24,375 nucleotides of DNA from a virus (Duplodnaviria > Caudoviricetes): positions 1 to 24,375 of IMG/VR virus record IMGVR_UViG_3300034685_000023; one strand, written 5' to 3'. Of this stretch, positions 1-7,784 are shown in pieces (positions within the stretch are counted from its first letter, which is position 1; the number at the start of each line of letters is the position of its first letter). The position numbers were made by a program, and so were the translations under genes. A model generated the notes under the pieces. The model saw only the letters and a list, made by a program, of their open reading frames with translations. It did not search any database and was not told the DNA's origin.

Positions 1-287
1 GTAGTAGATGCTTATAATTCATCTTTAACTAGGACTACTCCTACTGCTTTAAGTCAAGCAAGGTGGTATTTAGCAGGAGCAAGTATAGGAGATTATGCAA
101 TATTTGCAGGAGGAAATACAGGTTCAGCAAGTAATGTAGTAGATGCTTATACTTCTTCATTAGTACGTTCTACCCCTACAGCTTTAAGTGTTACGAGAAG
201 AGTTTTAGCAGGAGCAAGTGTAGGAGATTATGCTTTATTTGCAGGAGGACGGAATGGTACAACATATTATAACGTAGTAGATGCATA
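1..287 (+). repeat. Kelch repeat units at DNA level
   Basis: GTAGTAGATGC starts at 1, 136 and 274 (periods 135 and 138 nt); TTAGCAGGAGCAAGTRTAGGAGATTATGC also repeated. Confidence 0.9.
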
Positions 288-441
288 CTCTCAAGCTTTC
301 GGAGACATTGACATCCCTATAACTTCTGGTTCAAAATACAAGCTTAACAGCGACACAGAAGTAACAGCAACAACAAGCGGGGTAATTACAGTCAATACAC
401 CGTTGACTGGATATATAAAATATAAGGAAGGAGTTTTGTAA
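1..441 (+). CDS. C-terminal part of Kelch-repeat (beta-propeller) protein, probable tail fibre/receptor-binding protein (5'-truncated by window)
   Basis: Frame 1 is open to TAA 439-441: VVDAYNSSLTRTTPTALSQARWYLAGASIGDYAIFAGG...VVDAY...LAGASVGDYALFAGG...VVDAY. Kelch-type GG motif with a 45-46 aa period. Not in the ORF track. Followed by XkdW/XkdX-like genes. Confidence 0.8.
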   Translation, partial: VVDAYNSSLTRTTPTALSQARWYLAGASIGDYAIFAGGNTGSASNVVDAYTSSLVRSTPTALSVTRRVLAGASVGDYALFAGGRNGTTYYNVVDAYSQAFGDIDIPITSGSKYKLNSDTEVTATTSGVITVNTPLTGYIKYKEGVL

Positions 442-442
442 A

Positions 443-799
443 ATGAAATACAAAATATGGAATAAAACTGACAATTTGATTACACCAGTAGGGGAGGTAT
501 TAACTCCACCTCAAGTAATTGAAAGATATCCCGCCGCAGGAATAGAAGGGATAAAATTCATAATCGCAGACCAGCCAATCAATATGGCAGTCTTTATGGA
601 GTTCGAGGCTACAAAAAATATTTATAAACAACAAGGGGTTCAAATAACAGATGATATGACAGATGAAGAAGTATTGCAAGCAATACAAGAATTTGAGGAA
701 ACTCCACCTGTTCAAATGCCAACAGCAGAAGAAAGAATTGCATCAGCGTTAGAGTTCCAAAATTTACTTGTTATGCCTGATATGGAGGTGGATATATAA
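443..799 (+). CDS. Phage protein, XkdW-like tail fibre-associated/chaperone
   Basis: 118 aa, C-terminal PTAEERIASALE motif typical of genes directly preceding XkdX; RBS AAGGAAGGAG upstream. Confidence 0.55.
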   Translation: MKYKIWNKTDNLITPVGEVLTPPQVIERYPAAGIEGIKFIIADQPINMAVFMEFEATKNIYKQQGVQITDDMTDEEVLQAIQEFEETPPVQMPTAEERIASALEFQNLLVMPDMEVDI

Positions 800-927
800 T
801 GACTTTTGAAACTATTAAATCTAATTATGAAAAAGGACTTTGGACAAAGCAGATGGTAAGACTTGCAGTTAGAAAAGGTGCTATAACCAAAGAGCAGTAT
901 AAAGAGATAACAGGGGAAGATTATTAA
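799..927 (+). CDS. XkdX-family small phage protein (42 aa; not in ORF track)
   Basis: MTFETIKSNYEKGLWTKQMVRLAVRKGAITKEQYKEITGEDY; Y..GLW....V..AV..G.IT..QY.EITG signature; RBS GGAGGTG; TAATG overlap with upstream stop. Confidence 0.85.
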   Translation: MTFETIKSNYEKGLWTKQMVRLAVRKGAITKEQYKEITGEDY

Positions 928-957
928 TATCTTCCCTTTTTTAAAAGGGGTGGAGAA

Positions 958-1359
958 ATGACAATATCTGAATTTCTGGTAACCATTGAAAGCAATATGC
1001 CACACGATATACCAGATAGCACAATAATAAACTGGATAAACATATTAGAGGATAGTGTATATTCAAGTATAGTAGGTACTTTAAATACAGAGCCTTTCAT
1101 ATCTGATGATGGGCTTTCCGAAAGAGAAAGATTTAAACCTGAATTTAAAACAATAGATAAAGCAAATGAGCAAACACTATCTTTATTAGATTTTGGCTTT
1201 AGATGGCTATCTCTATATGAATACTTTGTGTATGCACAAATATGTATATTAAAAGAAGAATTTGGGAAAGCAAACAATTATATAGCTTTATACAATTCAT
1301 TGCTAGACGATTTTCTTGCATTCTATTTCTCGAGAGCATCTTACGACAAGGCTTGGTGA
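958..1359 (+). CDS. Putative head-tail adaptor protein (podovirus-like)
   Basis: 133 aa helical protein with RBS, directly upstream of a nozzle-like gene; assignment by synteny and size only. Confidence 0.45.
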   Translation: MTISEFLVTIESNMPHDIPDSTIINWINILEDSVYSSIVGTLNTEPFISDDGLSERERFKPEFKTIDKANEQTLSLLDFGFRWLSLYEYFVYAQICILKEEFGKANNYIALYNSLLDDFLAFYFSRASYDKAW

Positions 1360-1363
1360 TAAT

Positions 1364-2641
1364 ATGAGATTGCCTTATTTAAACAATATAAACAATTTAA
1401 AGATAAGTCCATTGCTTTTCAGCGGGATAAACAAAAAAGAAATAATAAACGACAATGAAATATCAGATGGTCATAACCTATCAACAGAAGAAATACCTGC
1501 TATATGTCCTAGAGAACCTATGGAATCGATAAAAAGCTTAACAAAACCTAATTACTTGGGAGTTATTAATAACAAGCTAGTGTATGTAGATGGCACTAGC
1601 TTTTATTATGACAATCAATTAAAAGGTACTGTATCAGATACTAAAAAGTCCATAGTTGATTTCAATGGATATATAGTAATATTTCCTGACAAGAAGTATT
1701 ATGATTATATAAACAATGAATTTAATAGCTTTACTTGTCCTGATATAGATTATGCTGTGGTACATTACAATAGAATATTTGGAATAAAGGGAAGCGAAAT
1801 AAGAGCAAGTAAACTTGGAGATTTTAAGGCTTGGGAACAATTCGAAGGCACACAAATGGATAGCTGGGGAACAGATGTTTACTCTGTGGGAGATTTTACA
1901 GGTACTGTATCTTATCAAGACCATATAGTATTTTATAAAGAAAACAGTATGTACGAGTTATATGGATACACACCTAGTCAATTTAAGGTATTAGAAGTAG
2001 CGAAGATAGGCTGTATAGACAATAAAAGTATAACAGAAACACAAGGCATATTATTCTTTGCGTCAGAAACAGGAATATTCGTTTATACAGGCGGATTTCC
2101 TACAGATATATCAACAAACCTAAACATAAAGAATTTAAACAAAGCATCATTGATAGGAAATGGAAACAAGGTATATATATCTATTGATGGCACTACTTAT
2201 ATATATGACACAAACCTAAAGACATTCTTGCCTTACGCAGATTTAGATGTTTTATATTTTGCAAAAGATGATATGTATGTATACGCACTAACAACAGATG
2301 GTGAAATATATCGTCTAAATAGTGGAGATGAAATTGTAGAATGGAGTTTAACAACTAAACAATTTGATGATGGAGTATTTAATAAAAAGAGCATAAAAGC
2401 TATAAGGTTAAAAGCTATAATGGAAACAGGATCTGAAATATCTGTATATGTAAGCAGAGATAATAGACCATTTATTCAAGTAGGGCAAACAATAAAATTT
2501 CAGAATGAATATATAAAAACAAAAGAAGTTAAAATAACAATACCATTAAAAAGGGCGAGTTATTATCAAATTAAAATAACAGGCAAAGGCAAGTCTATAA
2601 TATATGGTGAAAAAGAGTTTGTAGTAGGAAGTGATAAATAA
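1364..2641 (+). CDS. Putative tail nozzle/stabilisation protein (P22 gp10 / T7 gp12-like beta-propeller)
   Basis: Start re-assigned to ATG 1364 (MRLPYL; GGTGAT RBS). Beta-rich, with motifs IRASKLGD...W and IGCIDNKSI as in podophage stabilisation proteins. Confidence 0.6.
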   Translation: MRLPYLNNINNLKISPLLFSGINKKEIINDNEISDGHNLSTEEIPAICPREPMESIKSLTKPNYLGVINNKLVYVDGTSFYYDNQLKGTVSDTKKSIVDFNGYIVIFPDKKYYDYINNEFNSFTCPDIDYAVVHYNRIFGIKGSEIRASKLGDFKAWEQFEGTQMDSWGTDVYSVGDFTGTVSYQDHIVFYKENSMYELYGYTPSQFKVLEVAKIGCIDNKSITETQGILFFASETGIFVYTGGFPTDISTNLNIKNLNKASLIGNGNKVYISIDGTTYIYDTNLKTFLPYADLDVLYFAKDDMYVYALTTDGEIYRLNSGDEIVEWSLTTKQFDDGVFNKKSIKAIRLKAIMETGSEISVYVSRDNRPFIQVGQTIKFQNEYIKTKEVKITIPLKRASYYQIKITGKGKSIIYGEKEFVVGSDK

Positions 2642-3348
2642 TGCAACTCAATGTGCCTAATATAACGATAACAGGAAACAACAACGAAGAAATAGTAAAT
2701 GTACTGCAAAGATATAGAAAAGAATTAAACTATTTATTAATGAACTTAGACTTAGATAACATGCCAAATGTAGCTAATAAACTGACAGACATAGAAGGCA
2801 ATTACTCTATAATACAACAAGAGGTAAATAGCATATTGTTAAGTGTAGGGGATATCGAAGGTAATGTATCATCTCTAGTGCAAACAGCAGAAGGACTTCA
2901 AACAAGAGTATCTACTGCAGAGGGCAATATATCTACATTAACTCAAACAGCTACTACACTACAAAGTAGAATAGAAACAGCCGAAGGAAATATATCAACA
3001 ATAACTCAAAACGTAGATGATGTTACTGTAGCTGTAAGCAAGAAAACTACCATAGGAGAGGTTGTCAATTATTTATCGGTATCTCAATCAGGTGTTAAAA
3101 TAAACGCAAATAATATAGATTTAACTGGCATAACCAGATTGTATTCTCCGACTATGAGCGATTCTTACGCTGAATTTTATGGGAGTTATTTCGCATTAGT
3201 TTTTAGAGGCGAAGAAATATTTAGGATACACCCAGATAGTATAGCTGGAACTGACATATATGAACCAACTGGTGCTGGATTGAGATTTTTTGGTGGAGTA
3301 TATTTCAATGACGCTGATGTTTATGGCTTAACTGTATCTTTCGCATAA
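2641..3348 (+). CDS. Tail-associated coiled-coil protein (needle/spike-like) with 21-aa repeats
   Basis: Four ~21-aa repeats (I/A)EGN(Y/V/I)S..(Q/T)Q followed by VKINANNIDLTG, a motif common in phage tail proteins. Confidence 0.6.
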   Translation: MQLNVPNITITGNNNEEIVNVLQRYRKELNYLLMNLDLDNMPNVANKLTDIEGNYSIIQQEVNSILLSVGDIEGNVSSLVQTAEGLQTRVSTAEGNISTLTQTATTLQSRIETAEGNISTITQNVDDVTVAVSKKTTIGEVVNYLSVSQSGVKINANNIDLTGITRLYSPTMSDSYAEFYGSYFALVFRGEEIFRIHPDSIAGTDIYEPTGAGLRFFGGVYFNDADVYGLTVSFA

Positions 3349-3360
3349 GGTGGTGATTTA

Positions 3361-4587
3361 ATGGCTACTAATATGGCTTATGATGCCAGGACATATACAA
3401 GCATATCAGTACACGCTTGGTATCAAGGTACAACAGCGGTAACAAAATGTATCATACAAGGACCCACAGCAGCAGTAACATTAACTACAACACCTAAAAC
3501 TAACTGGACTACTGACCCTCCTGTAAATTTTACCGGCTTAGCACCGGGACAATCATACTCATTTAAAGCATATTTTTATACATCAACAGACACATTAGTT
3601 GAAGAAACATCTACTTTTTATTTTACAACTCTTGAATATAGCTCAACTACAGTTAATATAAACACAACTGCAATAGGAGAAACATATTTAAACATAAGAG
3701 CTTTTTATAGAGGCAACACTGGCGTAACATATTGTGTTATATCTTGTGCAGGAAATGGAATGACCATAAGTGCAGGCGGAACAACATATGAATGGACTAC
3801 AGATTCGGTAACTTTTAGCGGATTAAATCCCGGAACATCATATACCGCATCTGTAACTTTTTATAATGGCTCTGGATATGTAGCTAGTACTAGTGGAACA
3901 TTTACTACACTAGCACCATCAGATACAACTCCGCCTACAGTAAGCAATGTAAATTTAACAGCAATACCAGTTACCAACGGATACAATGTAAAGATGACTT
4001 GGGCAGCTTATGATGATGTAGGGATAGTGAAGCATTGGCTATATAGAAGCTCTCCTAACACACAAAACTATGTATCGGTTGGGTATGATGTATCGGGAAG
4101 TGCAAGAGAATTTACGTTTACAACAGATGCTGATGGAAATTTATTTCAATCTGGAAAAACATATTATTTTAGAGTTAGAGCTGTAGACGCAGCAGGAAAT
4201 ATATCTACACAGGATAGTGGAACTAAGTCTATTTATATAAGTGCGACTAGACCGCAAAACTGGGCATGGGAATATACAATAGTAAGTGGAGGTAGTGTAT
4301 ATTCAGTAGTTGGGAAAAAAGTAAATATAATGAGAGCAGCACATTGGAATGACTTTACAACACGAATAAATCAATTTAGAGCATATAAAGGTTTATCACC
4401 TTATTCATTTACTCAAGTTACTAGCTCTACAAGTGGAAGTGCAGTTGTGTCTGCTATAAATCAAGCAATAAATGCAATAAATGATATGTTACCAGTAGGA
4501 AGCAAGATGTCTACAATAACGGCATCAAATAAAGTCGCTGCAAGTATATTTATAAATTTAAGAGATAAATTAAATAGTATCCAATAG
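3361..4587 (+). CDS. Fibronectin type III domain-containing virion protein
   Basis: Two ~90-aa related repeats (WTTD..(V)F(T/S)GL.PG.SY...F.TL) plus a third FN3 (DTTPPTVS...YYFRVRAVDAAGNIS); Thr/Ser-rich. Confidence 0.75.
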   Translation: MATNMAYDARTYTSISVHAWYQGTTAVTKCIIQGPTAAVTLTTTPKTNWTTDPPVNFTGLAPGQSYSFKAYFYTSTDTLVEETSTFYFTTLEYSSTTVNINTTAIGETYLNIRAFYRGNTGVTYCVISCAGNGMTISAGGTTYEWTTDSVTFSGLNPGTSYTASVTFYNGSGYVASTSGTFTTLAPSDTTPPTVSNVNLTAIPVTNGYNVKMTWAAYDDVGIVKHWLYRSSPNTQNYVSVGYDVSGSAREFTFTTDADGNLFQSGKTYYFRVRAVDAAGNISTQDSGTKSIYISATRPQNWAWEYTIVSGGSVYSVVGKKVNIMRAAHWNDFTTRINQFRAYKGLSPYSFTQVTSSTSGSAVVSAINQAINAINDMLPVGSKMSTITASNKVAASIFINLRDKLNSIQ

Positions 4588-4589
4588 GG

Positions 4590-4812
4590 GTCAACTACCC
4601 AACGACTAAAGTCGTGGGCTTGATAGCCCTATGTTGACCAGGCTAAGGTTTGAAACAAAACCTACGTTATCTATGTCATGACACCCTAGGATGCCCTCCT
4701 AGTTCTAGGCTCTGTCGTATAGCATTAAACAGGTGTAGTGGGTTAAGCCAGTGTGTTATACGTGTAAACATAGATAACATTGCCGAGGGAGATGTTACCT
4801 GCGTAAGCAGAG
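4590..4812 (+). ncRNA. omegaRNA (HEARO-like) scaffold; guide predicted from upstream flank ~4570-4589
   Basis: GTCAAC(4590-95)/GTTGAC(4633-38) stem; GTTATCTATG(4666-75)/CATAGATAAC(4769-78) long-range helix; CCCTC(4694-98)/GAGGG(4785-89) pseudoknot; terminal CTGC-GTAA-GCAG hairpin; directly upstream of iscB. Confidence 0.88.
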
Positions 4813-4827
4813 AAAGGAGAAATTCCT

Positions 4828-6108
4828 ATGGTATTTGTTTTAGATGCAAATAGAAAACCATTATCACCTTGTCATGAAGCAGTTGCAAGAAAATTGCTTA
4901 AACAAGGTAAGGCTGCAATATTTAGAAGATACCCATTTACAATAATTCTTAAAAAATCAGTAGAAGACACTAAAAACAAGCAAGAATATAGATTAAAAAT
5001 TGATTATGGTAGTAAGCATACAGGATTAGCTATACTACAAAAAAACAATGTAATATGGTTAGCTCAAATAGACCACAGAACAGATATTAAAAAGAAACTT
5101 GATGATAGACGTATGTTTAGACGCAACAGAAGAAATAGAAGAACAAGATATAGAAAGCCAAGATTTTTAAATAGAAAAAGAAAAGAAGGATGGATACCAC
5201 CTTCACTTGAAAGTAGAGTTAATAATATAAAAACATGGGTTAATAAGTTACAAAAATTAATTCCATTAACTCATATATCTTATGAAAATGTTAAGTTTGA
5301 TACTCAATTAATGCAAAATCATGAAATAAGTGGTATTGAGTATCAACAAGGTACACTTCAAGGATATGAAGTTAGAGAATATTTACTTGAAAAGTTTGGT
5401 AGAAAATGTTGCTATTGTGGAAAAGAAAATGTTCCATTAGAAATAGAACATATAATACCAAAATCAAGGGGTGGAACAAATAGAGTTGATAATCTTTGTT
5501 TATCTTGTAGAGAATGTAATCAAAGGAAAGGAAACATGACTGCTGAAGAATTTGGTTATCCTGATATACAAAAACAAGTTAAACAAACATTAAAGGATAC
5601 TTCTGTAGTTAATTCTACAAGATGGAAAGTTTATGATGTACTTTGTAATAGTGGTTTAGAAGTTGAATGTGGTACAGGTGCTTTGACTAAAATGAATAGA
5701 ATCAAATTAGGATTGCCAAAAGAACATTACTTTGATGCTTGTTGTGTAGGACAAAGTACACCTGATAAATTATATTTTAAGACAAAAGATGTTTTGTATA
5801 TAAAAGCAAAAGGTAGAGGGAGTCATTGTAGAACAAATTTAGATAAATACGGCTTTCCGAGAGGATATTTAGCAAGACAAAAATATTTCTTTGGTTTTCA
5901 AACAGGAGATATGGTTAAAGCTGAAATACCAAAAGGAAAATATAAAGGCATTTGGTACGGAGAAGTTGCATGTAGAAAATCAGGTAGTTTTGATATTAAA
6001 GACAAGGAAGGTCAAAGAGTTGTACAAGGTGTAAATCATAAATATTTTTCAGTTGTACAACACTTTGATGGGTATAGTTATAGAAAGGAGGCAGCAATTC
6101 TTACGTAG
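4828..6108 (+). CDS. iscB: RNA-guided endonuclease IscB
   Basis: N-terminal PLMP-like (KPLSPC), RuvC-I (LKIDYGSKHTGLA), Arg-rich bridge helix (RRMFRRNRRNRRTRYRKPRF), RuvC-II (YENVKFD), HNH (CCYC...IEHIIPKSRGG...NL...CRECN), RuvC-III (HYFDA); RBS AAAGGAGA. Confidence 0.95.
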   Translation: MVFVLDANRKPLSPCHEAVARKLLKQGKAAIFRRYPFTIILKKSVEDTKNKQEYRLKIDYGSKHTGLAILQKNNVIWLAQIDHRTDIKKKLDDRRMFRRNRRNRRTRYRKPRFLNRKRKEGWIPPSLESRVNNIKTWVNKLQKLIPLTHISYENVKFDTQLMQNHEISGIEYQQGTLQGYEVREYLLEKFGRKCCYCGKENVPLEIEHIIPKSRGGTNRVDNLCLSCRECNQRKGNMTAEEFGYPDIQKQVKQTLKDTSVVNSTRWKVYDVLCNSGLEVECGTGALTKMNRIKLGLPKEHYFDACCVGQSTPDKLYFKTKDVLYIKAKGRGSHCRTNLDKYGFPRGYLARQKYFFGFQTGDMVKAEIPKGKYKGIWYGEVACRKSGSFDIKDKEGQRVVQGVNHKYFSVVQHFDGYSYRKEAAILT

Positions 6109-6180
6109 CGTGTTTAAAATACGCAATTCCTCCACGTGGCTAAAGCCAGTGGCTTCCTTGCGTAAGAATTTGTGATAAAG

Positions 6181-6333
6181 TTGAAATATGTAATTGAAAT
6201 GGAAGAATATGTTTTAAACAATTTAAAATTGTTTTTAGAAAGGACAACTATGACAGGTAAAGAAGTTGGTGCATATGCAGAAATACTAAAGTGTATATCA
6301 GAAGCTAAGCCAAAAGAGGTTGGTGATGAATAA
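6181..6333 (+). CDS. Small phage protein, 50 aa (TTG start; RBS disrupted by the IscB element)
   Basis: MKYVIEMEEYVLNNLKLFLERTTMTGKEVGAYAEILKCISEAKPKEVGDE; stop overlaps next ATG (TAATG); reconstructed empty site gives AGGGGTGATAAAG-TTG. Confidence 0.7.
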   Translation: MKYVIEMEEYVLNNLKLFLERTTMTGKEVGAYAEILKCISEAKPKEVGDE

Positions 6334-7772
6334 TGGCTTTATCATATTTTGACCAACAATATTTAAACCCAGAAGAACAAAAACAAATGCTTGAAATTCA
6401 GAATAACTGGGCGAACGCATCTCCACAAGAAAGAGAGAGTTATCACACATTAGCTGAAAGTATGAGAGCAAAGTATGGATATAGTGGTGGTGTATCAGGC
6501 AATGAATATATACAAATAGGTACTGTTCAACAACCTACTATAAATCCATACGAAAGTCAATGGAACGATACACTTCAAAACTTATACAAAGATATAAGCA
6601 CAGCACAATATCAACCTAGTCCATATGAAGCATTAATAGCACAATCTATATCACAAGCTGCTAATAGAAAATTTGAATACGACCCAAATACAGACCCTGC
6701 TTATCAAGCATACAGACAAAGGCTTATAAGTGCAGGTGAAAGTGCATATCAAGACAATTTAGCAGGCTTATCGGCTGCTACAGGTGGCAGACCTAATACT
6801 TGGGCTGCTAGTGTGGCGTCACAAGCTAGAAATCAGTATATGCTACAAGCCGAAACAGCAATGCTTGATTTTGAAGATAGAGCATACAGCAGATACCAAG
6901 CCGAAACAGATAATTTGTATAAATTTATATCTGTACTAGACAGTATGGATACGAAATACTACAACAGATGGAGAGATAGCATAAACGATAAAAAAGAGCT
7001 GTTTAATATGGTAATGCAATTAGAAGATGCAGACTTTCAAAAGTATCAATATCAAGTTGAGCAGTCTTGGAAACAGTTTGACGCAGAAACAGCAAACTTC
7101 CAACTTGCACTAGACAAAAAGAAGATGGATATACAAAACGCATTAGATAGAGTAGAGATGCTTGGATATGTAGATAATAAAGCGGCTGCTGTTTTAGGAG
7201 TACCTACAGGAACTCTATCAAAGACAGCAAGAGAAAGAGCTGAAGCTATGGAAGATTACATCAAAAAGCAATCAATAGATTTAGAAACATATAAAAAGCA
7301 AAAAGCGATAGACTACGAGTATGATATGAAACTCATCAATGCAAAAGTATCGTCAGGTAGCAGTAGCGGGAGTGGTAGTAGTAGTTCAAAACCACTCACA
7401 ACAACTGAAATAAAAGCAATAGGCAATGAAACATTAAACTTTGACAAACTAGTTAAATCAAAAGACTATCAATCTCTTAAACACGACGCTTACAAGATGG
7501 AATCCATAAACGATTTTATAGACAGCGTAATAAAGAAAGGGCAATATGGCTCTTATGGTGCTAGAAGCTTAGAAATAGCAGAAGCTATATTAAATAATGT
7601 AATGCAACACGAAGAATATCAAAGAGTATTAAATGCTTATCAAGGTGCAGTAGAAGCAGCTCAAAAAGGCTCTAAAGAATATATGCTTAAAGACTATGAA
7701 AGTAAAAGTGTAAAGACAAGCAACACAAATGCTCAATCTAAGAAAGGCAAGATAGGATATAGTCCTAACTAA
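6333..7772 (+). CDS. Putative internal virion/DNA ejection protein
   Basis: 479 aa, Gln/Ala/Tyr-rich helical with FEYDPNTDPAYQAY motif and Ser/Gly linker; lies immediately before the giant protein, like podophage ejection proteins. Confidence 0.55.
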   Translation: MALSYFDQQYLNPEEQKQMLEIQNNWANASPQERESYHTLAESMRAKYGYSGGVSGNEYIQIGTVQQPTINPYESQWNDTLQNLYKDISTAQYQPSPYEALIAQSISQAANRKFEYDPNTDPAYQAYRQRLISAGESAYQDNLAGLSAATGGRPNTWAASVASQARNQYMLQAETAMLDFEDRAYSRYQAETDNLYKFISVLDSMDTKYYNRWRDSINDKKELFNMVMQLEDADFQKYQYQVEQSWKQFDAETANFQLALDKKKMDIQNALDRVEMLGYVDNKAAAVLGVPTGTLSKTARERAEAMEDYIKKQSIDLETYKKQKAIDYEYDMKLINAKVSSGSSSGSGSSSSKPLTTTEIKAIGNETLNFDKLVKSKDYQSLKHDAYKMESINDFIDSVIKKGQYGSYGARSLEIAEAILNNVMQHEEYQRVLNAYQGAVEAAQKGSKEYMLKDYESKSVKTSNTNAQSKKGKIGYSPN

Positions 7773-7784
7773 AGGTGGGATAAT

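Larger units (their letters stand above)
4590..6171 (+). mobile_element. Non-autonomous IS200/IS605-family OMEGA element (omegaRNA + iscB, no tnpA)
   Basis: Subterminal hairpins CCCAACGAC-TAAA-GTCGTGGG (4598-4618) and CCACGTGGC-TAAA-GCCAGTGG (6132-6152). On the bottom strand the cleavage/guide tetramers TGAC/CAAG and TCAC/GAAG obey the IS608-type TnpA pairing rule. No TSD or TIR. Confidence 0.9.

Noticed and set aside
4650-4853. 67-aa ORF upstream of iscB
   Set aside because: Lies within the omegaRNA scaffold, TTG start without RBS, no resemblance to TnpA (no HUH/Y1 motif).
4828-6108. Cas9 / CRISPR-Cas system
   Set aside because: Only 426 aa, has a PLMP-like N-terminus and no REC lobe; no array, cas1 or cas2 nearby.
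4590-6171. IStron (group I intron-IS hybrid)
   Set aside because: The non-coding parts are accounted for by the omegaRNA and a short end; no room or motifs for a group I intron core.
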